DNA of 64,000 nt. It comes from an uncultured Candidatus Saccharibacteria bacterium. GTDB lineage: Bacteria > Patescibacteriota > Minisyncoccia > Phycocordibacterales > CAIZLB01. Every line of letters starts with the position of its first letter. The stretch's first letter is position 1. The notes beneath the pieces are model-generated. The model did no database searches, had not been told where the DNA came from, and saw only the letters and a program-made list of their open reading frames with translations. Location: contig CAYXQC010000002.1 in the NCBI GenBank assembly GCA_964467385.1, positions 1,625-65,624 of the forward strand, written 5' to 3'. Positions 1-9,692 of this stretch are shown in pieces. Position numbers and translations under genes: made by a program.

Positions 1-135
1 CGCGTCGTTGAACTTCTTTACGAAATCACCGATCGGAATACCCGCCTGACCGAGTGCTGGACCAATAGGTGGAGCTGGATTAGCTTTTCCTGCAGGAATC
101 TGCAATTTCAGCTTCTTGATTATTTTTTTAGCCAT
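1..135 (-). CDS. rplK: 50S ribosomal protein L11, N-terminal part (gene continues past window start)
   Basis: Minus-strand translation from ATG at 135..133 gives [45 protein letters not shown], the conserved L11 N-terminus. It sits downstream of nusG in the canonical secE-nusG-rplK order. Confidence 0.85.
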   Translation of the reverse strand, partial: MAKKIIKKLKLQIPAGKANPAPPIGPALGQAGIPIGDFVKKFNDA

Positions 136-202
136 TTGATTTTGTTATAAGGACCCTTATTCCAGGCCTTGATATATTAATTTTTAACTTGGTTAGAGTA
201 CC

Positions 203-745
203 TTAAACTCTTTTAACTTGCAAGAAGTCGAGTTCAACCGGAGTTTCTCGACCGAACATTGATACAAGGACCTTAACCTTTCCTCGATCATGATCAACTT
301 CAGAAACCTTACCTTCGAGATCCTTAAATGGACCGTCAGTAATGCTGATGAGATCACCCTCTCCGAGATCAATCGTATGTTTGATGTTGTCAGTACTCAT
401 TCGCTTGAAGAGCGTATCAACTTCAGCCTTTTCGAGAGGCACAGGCACAGTTCCTGAACCAACGAAACCAGTTACTCGAGGAGTGTTTCGTACTACGTAC
501 CATGAATCATCAGTTACAATCATGTCTACAAGAACGTAACCAGGATAGATTTTCTCTTCTTCTTCGACTCGCTTACCTGCTTTGATTTTGATCTTCTTTT
601 CTGTTGGCACGATTACATTAAAAATTTTATCTTCCATACCAAGAGATTCAATTCGCTGCTTCAAGTTTCGAAGCACCGCGTTTTCGTATCCAGCATATGT
701 GTGAATTGCGTACCAATTTCTCTGACCTTCTACTTGTTTTGCCAT
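203..745 (-). CDS. nusG: transcription termination/antitermination factor NusG
   Basis: 180 aa with an NGN domain (WYAIHTYAGYENAV) and a C-terminal KOW motif (GDLISITDGPFKDLEGKV). Synteny with secE and rplK. Confidence 0.9.
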   Translation of the reverse strand: MAKQVEGQRNWYAIHTYAGYENAVLRNLKQRIESLGMEDKIFNVIVPTEKKIKIKAGKRVEEEEKIYPGYVLVDMIVTDDSWYVVRNTPRVTGFVGSGTVPVPLEKAEVDTLFKRMSTDNIKHTIDLGEGDLISITDGPFKDLEGKVSEVDHDRGKVKVLVSMFGRETPVELDFLQVKRV

Positions 746-781
746 TGCGTTTTATTTTAAATTAATAATTTCTAATGTTCC

Positions 782-970
782 TTAGTTTAATGACGGAATA
801 ATCATCTTGAGACCTGCACCAAAGACTGAATCGAGAAGGCCGAGATAAATTGCTACAAAAACTGAAATACCAACAACAAGGAGTGAGTACATAAGTGCTT
901 GCTTTCGAGTAGCCCATGTTACGTGGTTCATTTCTGCTCTTGTTTCTTGAATGTATTGTTTTAAAGCCAT
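782..970 (-). CDS. secE: preprotein translocase subunit SecE
   Basis: 62 aa with a single C-terminal TM helix, directly upstream of nusG. Confidence 0.8.
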   Translation of the reverse strand: MALKQYIQETRAEMNHVTWATRKQALMYSLLVVGISVFVAIYLGLLDSVFGAGLKMIIPSLN

Positions 971-1005
971 ATATTTGGTGTTAGCTTATTAAGATTTTTG
1001 TATTT

Positions 1006-1030
1006 AAAAACACCCTTTCGGGTGCTTTTA
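1006..1030. terminator. hairpin CACCC-loop-GGGTG flanked by A/T runs (bidirectional terminator-like)
   Basis: Sequence aaaaacaccctttcgggtgctttta, lying between the 1112..1999 ORF and secE. Confidence 0.45.
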
Positions 1031-1111
1031 TATATGCCACTATTGTAGCCTTCAGGCTGGTTTTGTCAACCCTTGTAAACCTTGGTGTCCAAGGTGACGA
1101 AACCCTCCAAA

Positions 1112-1999
1112 CTAACGAATCTCGTAGGTAATAGTAACTTCTGAAGTCACTTTATTCGTACCAGTTGGCATTTCAGGTGCAATCGCAGCTTTTTCGGCCA
1201 TTGCCGGTCGAGCAGAAATATAGTCCATAGCATATGGATACCCACCCATACCATTTTCGTTGAACGAAGTAATCTTCACGAGTTTTACACCAAGTGCCTT
1301 CGCTAGTCGCTCAGCCTCTCGTCGAGCCTTGATAATAGCCTCATCTCGTACAACTTTCTTGTACTCTTCAATATTGTCGATTGTACTTCCTTGAAGTGAG
1401 GCTGTCACACCAATTTGTCCGAGACCTGCCACTATTTCGCTGGCAAGTTTTGGATTTTTATCGATATCTCGAATCTTCACTGTAACCGACTGATTCGTCG
1501 TGTAACCGGTGATCACTGAACCTGATGTACATGGAGGATAGATCGCTGGTTCAATCGCAGGTCGAACAGAAGAAACTCCAGACGCAGAAGTTATACCTGG
1601 GCAATTTTTGTAAGACTGTTCATATCGTGGATATGTATTATATGAATCAGTCTTAATATCCGCCTCTTTGATTCCCTTCTCTTTTACAAAAGCAATCGCT
1701 TTGTTGTTCATTTCGGCAGATTTATCCTGAGCATCTTCAGCGGTTTTTCCTGTACCTTCAGAAGAAAACGTTAGTACAGTAAGATCCGGCTTCACATCCA
1801 TTTCAGATTTTCCTGAAACAGAGATAACATTCTGAATACCGTTCTTATTAGCATCAGTAGTTGCAAAGATCTTCACTTCAGTCATCGTTTTTACAATAAG
1901 AAGTAGTGTAAGAACTGTTAGACAAATTGCACCAGCTCCTTTAAGAAAGGCGTTTTGCTGTTCAGGGGTATAATTAAAATGAAATTTTTCTGGATTCAT
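1112..1999 (-). CDS. SIMPL/DUF541 (YggE-like) domain protein with N-terminal TM
   Basis: 295 aa with an N-terminal hydrophobic helix. The overall composition and length resemble SIMPL-family periplasmic proteins; the assignment is by similarity recall only. Confidence 0.5.
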   Translation of the reverse strand: MNPEKFHFNYTPEQQNAFLKGAGAICLTVLTLLLIVKTMTEVKIFATTDANKNGIQNVISVSGKSEMDVKPDLTVLTFSSEGTGKTAEDAQDKSAEMNNKAIAFVKEKGIKEADIKTDSYNTYPRYEQSYKNCPGITSASGVSSVRPAIEPAIYPPCTSGSVITGYTTNQSVTVKIRDIDKNPKLASEIVAGLGQIGVTASLQGSTIDNIEEYKKVVRDEAIIKARREAERLAKALGVKLVKITSFNENGMGGYPYAMDYISARPAMAEKAAIAPEMPTGTNKVTSEVTITYEIR

Positions 2000-2195
2000 A
2001 TGTTAATGGTTAATTTATTATTTTATCGAAGCGCTAAATATACCGTTAGTAATATAGACATAGTATAACACGCCCATTTTAGGGCGTACTTAGTTGTAAG
2101 CCGCTGATTATTCCAAACTATTACTGAGCGTAGGAACTAAGAGTAAATTCAGACGGTTTTATTTAGCTATTCTTTAGTCGTTATTGAAATTTTTT

Positions 2196-3065
2196 CTAGT
2201 TTTTCTTCAACGAATTTTCATAGGCCTCATAAACGTTTTGGAAAAGTGAACACACAGTGAGCGGCCCTACTCCACCAGGAACTGGAGAAATCGCTGCAAC
2301 AATTTCTGATACCGGACCAAAATCAACATCGCCATATAGTTTTTGCACTGCTTCATCTTTTAGAAAAGTAATACCGACATCGACAACTACCTGTCCTGCG
2401 CGAACCATGCTCGGTGTAATAAGATATTTCGAACCAGTTGCTGTGATAATAATATCCGCTTCTAGCGTTTGTTCGTTCAATTTTTCAGTATTCGAATGAC
2501 AGACCGTCACAGTTGCTCCACTGTTTATAAGTGCCATAGCTGTAGGTTTACCCACAAGCGTAGAACGACCAATAATAACGACTTTTTTACTCTTAACCTC
2601 GATTCCATAGTACGAAAGCATAGTGAGTACGCCTCTTGTGGTCGCTGGTAAAAAGTAAGGTGGCGTGTTGATCCACAAGCCTCGGATGCTTGTTGAGGTT
2701 AGACCGTCGACATCTTTTTTTGCCGAAACAGCTTCGATAAGTACTTCGCGGTCAATATGTTTCGGTAGAGGAAGTTGAATAATAATCCCATGAACCGTAT
2801 CATCGGTATTGAGATTTGAAATTTCCTCGAGAACTTCTTCAGTACCAATAGTGTCAGGTAGATGAATATGTCGCACTTCTGCACCAACCGAGTGGCCGAA
2901 TTTTTTCTTATGATTAATATAACTTTCTGTTTCGCGATTATTTCCTATTTGAATAATAGCTAGGCACGGCTTCAGAAAACCCTCCTCTGCACGAATAGCA
3001 ATCTTTGTTTTAAGATCGTGCATAATTTCCGTATTTATTTTTTTACCATCAAGAATAAGAGCCAT
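2196..3065 (-). CDS. folD: bifunctional methylenetetrahydrofolate dehydrogenase/cyclohydrolase FolD
   Basis: 289 aa starting MALILDGKK, with a GIIIQLPLP motif and a Rossmann GRSTLVGKP motif. Confidence 0.9.
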   Translation of the reverse strand: MALILDGKKINTEIMHDLKTKIAIRAEEGFLKPCLAIIQIGNNRETESYINHKKKFGHSVGAEVRHIHLPDTIGTEEVLEEISNLNTDDTVHGIIIQLPLPKHIDREVLIEAVSAKKDVDGLTSTSIRGLWINTPPYFLPATTRGVLTMLSYYGIEVKSKKVVIIGRSTLVGKPTAMALINSGATVTVCHSNTEKLNEQTLEADIIITATGSKYLITPSMVRAGQVVVDVGITFLKDEAVQKLYGDVDFGPVSEIVAAISPVPGGVGPLTVCSLFQNVYEAYENSLKKN

Positions 3066-3105
3066 ATATGTATTGCTCCTGTTATATCACATATTTTACA
3101 AATAG

Positions 3106-3885
3106 CTAAAAGTAATAGAGTGCACCAAAAAAGATAAGTGCCAGTATCATTCGGTAGATACCGAAAGCAGTAAACGAGTGTTTCTGTACATAGGCCAAGA
3201 ATGACTTAATGGCAATAATTGCCACGATAAATGCAATAATAAACCCAATACCAAGCAGTTGCCAATTTTCACCACTGAAAATATCGTGATGCTTATACAG
3301 GTCAAGCAAAGTTGCAGATAACATCACAGGAACAGCAAGGAGAAATGAAAATTCAACAATATTCTTCCGTGACAGACCAACTATCTCCCCTCCTATTATA
3401 GTGGCTGCAGATCTTGAAATACCAGGAATAATAGCAATCGCTTGGAATAGTCCAATGGCGATGGCCTGCTTGTACGTTATTTGCTCGACTGTCGTATCCT
3501 GCACCATTTCTATCTTTCGATACTTACGTTCAAAAAGAATAATAATAATTCCGCCGAAAAAGAGTGAGCTAATTACAATCAATACATTGCCAAGCAAATA
3601 ATTTTTTACAAAAGAATACAAAGCCAAACCGATCACAGCAGTTGGAACGAATGAAGTAATCACTTTTGACATCAGCTTCATATCTTTAAAAATCAAGTCT
3701 CGATACAAAAGAACAACAGCTAGGATAGCCCCGAGCTGAATAATAATTTCAAAACTTTTCGTAAATGAATCCTCGGCAATACCAAGAATCTGACTAGTAA
3801 GAATCATATGCCCTGTTGAAGATACAGGTAAAAACTCAGTTAGACCTTCGATTATTCCTAAAATTAGTGCATCAAATACGTTCAT
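3106..3885 (-). CDS. uppP: undecaprenyl-diphosphatase UppP/BacA
   Basis: 259 aa multi-TM protein carrying the EGLTEFLPVSSTGH signature. Confidence 0.9.
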   Translation of the reverse strand: MNVFDALILGIIEGLTEFLPVSSTGHMILTSQILGIAEDSFTKSFEIIIQLGAILAVVLLYRDLIFKDMKLMSKVITSFVPTAVIGLALYSFVKNYLLGNVLIVISSLFFGGIIIILFERKYRKIEMVQDTTVEQITYKQAIAIGLFQAIAIIPGISRSAATIIGGEIVGLSRKNIVEFSFLLAVPVMLSATLLDLYKHHDIFSGENWQLLGIGFIIAFIVAIIAIKSFLAYVQKHSFTAFGIYRMILALIFFGALYYF

Positions 3886-4429
3886 GGTGTTTCATATACA
3901 GTAGCACGGAAATACCTGATATTATAAGGCCAATAAGAAAGCCTGCAATCACATCGGTTAGATAATGTACACCTAGGTAGACACGACTTATCCCTATCAT
4001 GAGGGTAATAACCATTAGTAAAACACCAAAACTCATACGTCCAAGTTTGGAATTGAAACGATCTTTATATGAGAAAAAAATAAGTGAAAAGAAAACAGTA
4101 GCAATCAATGTGTGACCACTAGCGAAACCATATCCGTACTCTTTTATAAGTCCATAATCAGGTCGCGGTAATTGAATAATTAATTTTGTAAGAATGGTAA
4201 CCAAGCCCGCAGTACCAAGTGTTAAAATAAACTGAGTAGCATGATCGTACTTTTTATGAAGCCACATGAACATAAGGAGGACTAAGCAGCACAGAGCAAT
4301 ACTATTCGGACTACCGATATCAGTAATTGCATACATGATTTCAGTTAACCGATCATTGCGAATTAATCCAATCACATAAGCAGCGAAAGAGTTGATGCTA
4401 TTTAGGTGATTGAGATAAAGAAAGTTCAT
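3872..4429 (-). CDS. PAP2-family phosphatase (second putative undecaprenyl/lipid phosphate phosphatase)
   Basis: PAP2 motifs PRP..., SGH and SRVYLGVHYLTDV in a multi-TM protein. Confidence 0.75.
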   Translation of the reverse strand: MNFLYLNHLNSINSFAAYVIGLIRNDRLTEIMYAITDIGSPNSIALCCLVLLMFMWLHKKYDHATQFILTLGTAGLVTILTKLIIQLPRPDYGLIKEYGYGFASGHTLIATVFFSLIFFSYKDRFNSKLGRMSFGVLLMVITLMIGISRVYLGVHYLTDVIAGFLIGLIISGISVLLYMKHHERI

Positions 4430-4430
4430 T

Positions 4431-5045
4431 CTACTTTTTCACAAATACAAGTGATTTACCATTCCCTACTCTGTACATTAAGGTCATGCGAGCTTCATCA
4501 AGATATTGAATTTCGTATGTATAGATTTCACCTTTATGACCATACTCGTACTGCATTTTTTCAAAAAGATATAGAGTCTTAAGAATATCATTACTCTCCA
4601 AAGTTGATGTACCTTGAAATGGATAGCTTTCGGAACGTGGATAGACTTTCCATGTCCCAAAACCTTCTTTTTTATCATCATAGTATTCTGCAAATTCTCC
4701 ATTTACATCAATATACAGTTTATACCGTCCATCTTGCGCACTGTACCATTCTCCAGAAATAAAACTCTTAATACGACTGATTGTGTTTTTTTGTTCTTTA
4801 GTGAACACCTCTCCGTTATTTGATAAATCGAAAGAAGTACCATTTCCCGTTTCTTCTGAAAATTTTGCAATCTGGTTGGCTTTTTGCTCGACAAGCCCAG
4901 AAGCTTTTTCTTCGTATATATTAAAAAAATGTACCACAATATATGGACCACCCATAAGAACCAAAACAAAAAATATGAATTTAACGATTGGACCTATCGT
5001 ACTTTCGTTTTCACCAGATCGTCCCTGTGATTTTGTAGCAACCAT
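4431..5045 (-). CDS. hypothetical membrane-anchored protein
   Basis: 204 aa with an N-terminal TM helix and no recognisable domain. Confidence 0.45.
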   Translation of the reverse strand: MVATKSQGRSGENESTIGPIVKFIFFVLVLMGGPYIVVHFFNIYEEKASGLVEQKANQIAKFSEETGNGTSFDLSNNGEVFTKEQKNTISRIKSFISGEWYSAQDGRYKLYIDVNGEFAEYYDDKKEGFGTWKVYPRSESYPFQGTSTLESNDILKTLYLFEKMQYEYGHKGEIYTYEIQYLDEARMTLMYRVGNGKSLVFVKK

Positions 5046-5088
5046 AATATACCTACAAGTATATCACTCCAAAGAGTAGGGTCTGAGT

Positions 5089-5748
5089 TTAGACCTTATG
5101 TTTGTTTTTAATATGTTGTACAAAAAACCAAATACCAGAAAGCATGATTGTACCAGCAAGAGTTAAGCCAATGGTCGAAACCACGAGAGAGGATTTTGAA
5201 TCGCCTATATATGAACCAATAAATACAAGCATGCCTGCAGCAATCGATGATGCGGGCCATAAAATAGAGATGAACTTCCAATACGGAAGTTTACTCAAAC
5301 CAGTTCCATAGGAAATAAGTTCCGGTAAAGCAAAGCAGGTCATGCACATATGTAGAAATCCTCTAGTAGTACTCACATGTTCAACAATCATAGAGAGCAA
5401 ACCTTTTTCATTTTGAGAAATCATACGTTCGATGAACGGCCGCCCAAATGTTCGACTCATTAGAAAAGCACAGGAATATCCAATAAAGTCACCAATAATC
5501 ACATATAGAAAACCTTTTTGAAATCCAAAGAAGACACCAGCGAGAGGATAAATAGGTGCACCAGAAAGCGGGGCGACAATAATCGTTGTAACTTTTGCCA
5601 GGATGATTACAAAAGGTGCCCAAACACCAGCACGCGCAACCATTTCTTTGAGTGAACTTAGGTCGAAAAAAGATACAGCGAGGATTATCAAAATAATAGT
5701 AATAATGCCACCGGAAAGCTGAATATTGTCTGTGAATTTTCTGAGCAT
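5089..5748 (-). CDS. DedA/TVP38 family membrane protein
   Basis: Multi-TM protein with the layout typical of the SNARE-associated/DedA fold. Confidence 0.7.
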   Translation of the reverse strand: MLRKFTDNIQLSGGIITIILIILAVSFFDLSSLKEMVARAGVWAPFVIILAKVTTIIVAPLSGAPIYPLAGVFFGFQKGFLYVIIGDFIGYSCAFLMSRTFGRPFIERMISQNEKGLLSMIVEHVSTTRGFLHMCMTCFALPELISYGTGLSKLPYWKFISILWPASSIAAGMLVFIGSYIGDSKSSLVVSTIGLTLAGTIMLSGIWFFVQHIKNKHKV

Positions 5749-5842
5749 GTTTTTGTGGTTTATAGGTATGATTACATTATACTAGACGTTTGAAATATTT
5801 GGAGGTATGAAAATAGAGGTTTTAAAATGCTAGAATAAGCCA

Positions 5843-6415
5843 ATGAAAGATTTTATCGCCATAATAGCCACGCTCCTCGCATTTATCGGAAACACTTCAT
5901 ATCTCAAAGATGTATTCAAAGGACGAATTCAACCACATCCATACACGTGGTTCATCTGGTCTATCGTTTCCATGACAACTTTTTTTGGAGGACTTGCAAA
6001 AGGTGCAGGCATTGGAGCACTTCCAACAGGTGTCGCCGAAGGGTTCACGATTGTTATTTTTCTGTTCTCACTCAAACATCTTTTTAGGGGGAAAGTTGGG
6101 CACATTCGAACAATAGACAACTATTTTCTTTTAATCTGCCTATTCGGACTTATCCCTTGGGTAATTACAAAAGATCCAACCATATCAGTCATTATCGTTG
6201 TATTGATAGATATAGTTGCCTTTATCCCGACACTTCGTAAAACATGGCAACATCCCAAAACCGAAAAACCAACTCTTTATGAAATGAATGTCGCACGACA
6301 CATACTGACGCTTTTTTCATTAAACACATATAATATCGCTACCACATTCCATTCGGTTGCGATGATATGCACCAATACGATCATGACGATTTTTATACAA
6401 CGTAAAAAGAAATAG
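5843..6415 (+). CDS. hypothetical integral membrane protein
   Basis: 190 aa with several TM helices. Confidence 0.45.
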   Translation: MKDFIAIIATLLAFIGNTSYLKDVFKGRIQPHPYTWFIWSIVSMTTFFGGLAKGAGIGALPTGVAEGFTIVIFLFSLKHLFRGKVGHIRTIDNYFLLICLFGLIPWVITKDPTISVIIVVLIDIVAFIPTLRKTWQHPKTEKPTLYEMNVARHILTLFSLNTYNIATTFHSVAMICTNTIMTIFIQRKKK

Positions 6416-6427
6416 TATAATAAGGGT

Positions 6428-6940
6428 ATGGCATACAATATTCATCCGTTATTTGTTCATTTTCCTATAGCATTCCTGCTTTTGTATTCTCTCTTGAAAA
6501 CACTTCCCTTTGAACGTCTGGTGCCGAGGTTTGCGTGGCGAGAAGTGCAACTCGTTGTACTAGTTTTTGGTGTACTTGGTGCAATAGTGGCAAGCGCTAC
6601 AGGAGAAATTTCTGAACACCTTATTCAACCAGATCGACAGATTGTTGAAATGCATTCATTATTTGCTGCTACCTCAACTTGGATATACGGACTACTTCTC
6701 CTTGGTGAACTGCTTACGCGCATGAATCCATGGATTACACGAAAGTTTCCTAGCATGGGTTTACCAAGACTCTTCCGTTTTCTTGAAAGTACCCTTACCA
6801 ATCGAGTGCTCTCTGTGGTTTTTGCTATAGTTGGTCTACTTACCATTTCGCTGATCGGTCTTCTGGGTGGCGTCATGGTATATGGGGCATCTGCAGATCC
6901 ACTTGTGCCAAGTATTTTAAAATTACTAGGGATTAAGTAG
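6428..6940 (+). CDS. DUF2231-like membrane protein
   Basis: N-terminal HPLFVHFPIAF motif and four TM segments. Confidence 0.5.
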   Translation: MAYNIHPLFVHFPIAFLLLYSLLKTLPFERLVPRFAWREVQLVVLVFGVLGAIVASATGEISEHLIQPDRQIVEMHSLFAATSTWIYGLLLLGELLTRMNPWITRKFPSMGLPRLFRFLESTLTNRVLSVVFAIVGLLTISLIGLLGGVMVYGASADPLVPSILKLLGIK

Positions 6941-7185
6941 AGGATTCTAAATGATTCCTTCCAGGGTGGTAAGTATAGGAATTTTGTTGTACCTGCTGAA
7001 AATACTCAAACCTAGATCAACACTTCCAATCGAATTCAGAATATATTTCCTGCCAGATAGCTATCGATCGCAGCTTTTATCTTCGGTACCATATTTTGAG
7101 GAAATGTTTCGAGTAAGGATAATTTTTCCATCTTTGATTAATAAGATATTTACAGTAGCTAGAAGTTGAAATCTTTCTATTTTTA

Positions 7186-7298
7186 GATTATATCAGTTCA
7201 ATTCTCTTTAGTCCTCACATAACAAAACCACCCTTTATTTACAAGGTGGTTTTGTATAAGTCGTTTTTCAGGGGTCACTGTCCGTCTTTTGTTATACC
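7186..7298. repeat. copy A of a ~110-bp structured intergenic repeat (conserved flanks + variable hairpin + extended -10-like TGATATAAT on minus strand)
   Basis: Aligns with 8226..8341 in three blocks: ttatatcagttc.att, a hairpin followed by ttttgtataag, and ggggtca.t.tcc. Confidence 0.75.
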
Positions 7299-7300
7299 CT

Positions 7301-8218
7301 CTAGATCCGAATCTCTTTAGCTGAAGCATATATTTGCCTAGTAGAATCTGCTCCGTTCTTGCTTTCTAGAAAAATCCTGCCGTGAGGAGCGTGGAGCGCG
7401 GCAAGCTCAATGGACTTCTTATATTTGTGAGCAAAGCTGTCAGTCTCGCCTGAAGGCATGTATACGTGAACTACCCTGATATGCTTCCCGAGTCTTGCAA
7501 ACCACTCTCCCAGAATGAAATCGGCCGCTTTCTCATCTTCTACGCCATGAAGTGCGTGGTTAATGTCAAAAGTCATGCCGACATGCTCAAGAACCTCTTC
7601 GGTGCCGATACCCAGTTCAGACGAGACCACTTCAGACACTGTAGAAATCAGCAGTTCCAATTCCTCAGGTGACTGACCCCACGCACCGTCGGACCCCTTC
7701 GTAGGCATATTCTCAATGGCAATCGAAAAGTCTGTCCCGTCATCGATTGATGCCTTGAGGCTTTGGGTAAAAAGCCGCGCGTAGTTTTCAACGACAGTTC
7801 TTCTGACTTCTTCAGGGGCATGTTCAAATACGCCGCTCGAAACATTCGGGGGATGAATTGTGTGAGATTCGCCGCCTAGGGAGCGCGTAAGCTCAAGTTC
7901 CTTTTTAATCCGCTCTCCGTTTGATATCTCAAGAGTCGAATGATCGATCTTCGGGGTTTCACCGTGCATTGAAATTGAGCTTTCGGCATTCTGCTCGCGG
8001 AAGCTTTTTAAACGATCAAGGGAGGACATTACCTCTTCGTCCGTTCTGTTCCTCAGATCAAATTGAACTGCGGGTAAATGCATCTCGTGAGCGAGACCAA
8101 CCTGCTGATCAAGCGGTGCGTTCTCAGCATCCTTCTGCCTCGTACACAGCACAAGACCTAGGCCATCCCTAAGCCTCTCTTTCCGCTCTGAGATATTGGC
8201 AAAACTCTCGTATTTCAT
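7301..8218 (-). CDS. xylose-isomerase-like TIM-barrel (sugar phosphate isomerase/epimerase family) protein; GC-rich, likely horizontally acquired
   Basis: 305 aa with IENMP and FDINHA motifs. GC is clearly higher than in the flanks. The ORF is bracketed by direct repeats A and B. Confidence 0.4.
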   Translation of the reverse strand: MKYESFANISERKERLRDGLGLVLCTRQKDAENAPLDQQVGLAHEMHLPAVQFDLRNRTDEEVMSSLDRLKSFREQNAESSISMHGETPKIDHSTLEISNGERIKKELELTRSLGGESHTIHPPNVSSGVFEHAPEEVRRTVVENYARLFTQSLKASIDDGTDFSIAIENMPTKGSDGAWGQSPEELELLISTVSEVVSSELGIGTEEVLEHVGMTFDINHALHGVEDEKAADFILGEWFARLGKHIRVVHVYMPSGETDSFAHKYKKSIELAALHAPHGRIFLESKNGADSTRQIYASAKEIRI

Positions 8219-8225
8219 ACTGTTG

Positions 8226-8341
8226 AATTATATCAGTTCGATTCCCGTTAGTCCCCTTTCAGCAAAAAGAGCCTTCGTTTCCGGGGCTCTTTTTGTATAA
8301 GCAACTTATCTTGGGGTCAGTATCCAAATTTAATTATACCT
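8226..8341. repeat. copy B of the ~110-bp structured repeat; minus-strand TGATATAAT 9 nt before the ATG of 7301..8218 (leaderless-type promoter)
   Basis: The stem differs from copy A (agagcc/ggctct here, accacc/ggtggt in A) but base pairing is kept, i.e. compensatory change. Confidence 0.75.
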
Positions 8342-8355
8342 ATAGATAAAGGCTA

Positions 8356-9507
8356 CTAATCTCTCCAATCAGTTTTACCCAAAGTCACATAATAGAAAGA
8401 TTTACGCACAATTATAGACAGCACGATCACAACCACAAAAAGCCAGAAACCTGAATCAGCATCCTCAGCCATAAAAATGAATGAGAGCAATAGACCAAGC
8501 GATAAGGTAAGCACATAGATAACCTTAGCCAACCTAAACCACGGCTTAGATTCGAGTGGATTTTGTTTTGTTATTACAGTTTTCGGTACTTCATTATTTG
8601 TAGTGCCGAAATCCATATATGTATCAGGGCTACCATAAAGATCTTCGGCAATTTTTGATCTCTTCTCACCGATGTCCTTTTCAGCGTTATTCGCCTCAGT
8701 GATCTGTCGAACAACCCTCTTCCCTTTGATTCCTAATTCGACACCTGAAACATTCTTTGAAATATCTCCATTATTTTCTATTACAAATGTAGGTAAAATC
8801 TCATCTAAATCGATATCTTCTGATACTGCATTTATTGCTTTTTGTCGGTATGGCAACAACTCTTTCGATAGATTCAACCATTTTGAAAATTGAACTTTCA
8901 AATGTTCAGCTGCTTCATTACCATCTTGGCTTTCCGAATAAATACCAAAATCTGTCTTGTTAAACAAATTTTCAAACGTCTGTATCAAAGCAGACATTAT
9001 CTCTTGTTTTGTTACAATATCAGATTCCATTTTGCTTCGATAAGCTTTTGTTATTTCAATAACATTTTTTGCTTTCGACACCCTGTCTGCGCTAGAAACA
9101 TCATTTTTTTCTACAATTTGATCAGTTAGATTTCTTGTTGCTGTAAAATAATAATTTTCTCCAGTCTTATTAAAGTGGTGTACTAAGTATGCACTCTGCC
9201 AGACAAAGTTTTTTTCTATCTCCTTCCCTAACTCAAACAGTTTATTTAGATTAGTCTGAAATTGATTAACTTTCTCCACCCTATTCCTTTTTTGATCAAA
9301 CTCTCTTTTTGAATCTTCCCCTAGAACTTTTTCAATTTGTTCATCAAAAGTAAAATATAATATTTTTCTAGCTTGTTCTTCGACTGTAAGTTCGTTGTCA
9401 GGTTTTTCGAAGTCGACTTCTTTTTTAATACTATCTTGTATGCGAACAATGTCAGCTATGCTGATATTATCTTTTGATTCATTGAGAGAGTCTTTATTTG
9501 AGGACAT
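8356..9507 (-). CDS. hypothetical protein, Lys/Glu-rich cytoplasmic domain with two C-terminal TM helices
   Basis: 383 aa ORF with no recognisable domain. Confidence 0.45.
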   Translation of the reverse strand: MSSNKDSLNESKDNISIADIVRIQDSIKKEVDFEKPDNELTVEEQARKILYFTFDEQIEKVLGEDSKREFDQKRNRVEKVNQFQTNLNKLFELGKEIEKNFVWQSAYLVHHFNKTGENYYFTATRNLTDQIVEKNDVSSADRVSKAKNVIEITKAYRSKMESDIVTKQEIMSALIQTFENLFNKTDFGIYSESQDGNEAAEHLKVQFSKWLNLSKELLPYRQKAINAVSEDIDLDEILPTFVIENNGDISKNVSGVELGIKGKRVVRQITEANNAEKDIGEKRSKIAEDLYGSPDTYMDFGTTNNEVPKTVITKQNPLESKPWFRLAKVIYVLTLSLGLLLSFIFMAEDADSGFWLFVVVIVLSIIVRKSFYYVTLGKTDWRD

Positions 9508-9692
9508 ATAATATTCATATCTGATAAGTAGTAATTAAATCAATTATCTAACACACAGACAAGTTTGTCTATTTATTACAGTCTTCGAAAAATGATAAAA
9601 ATCTCTAGAAATAGAGGTGGTGTTGATTTTATAAATGACCCATTACATGGTGCACGACTCACTAGTAAAGCTTACTCCTCGCACATATCAAT

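Noticed and set aside
342-539. Antisense ORFs inside well-supported genes (e.g. 342..539, 2257..2499, 3401..3601, 49309..49617, 61357..61713, 54249..54566)
   Set aside because: They are embedded opposite conserved housekeeping CDSs and have biased or low-complexity translations. They are spurious six-frame artefacts.
970-1112. Expected tRNA-Trp upstream of secE
   Set aside because: The spacer cannot be folded into a cloverleaf and contains only a short terminator-like hairpin.
6951-7169. 72-aa plus-strand ORF
   Set aside because: No start context or similarity; it overlaps the orphan promoter end of repeat copy A and is probably not coding.
9634-9672. Partial resemblance (atggtgc...tagt..aaagc) to the 5' half of tRNA-His, as a candidate second att copy for the 9.8-18.6 kb element
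   Set aside because: Only short patches match, and the orientation is inverted relative to the tRNA. That is not convincing as an attachment-site repeat.
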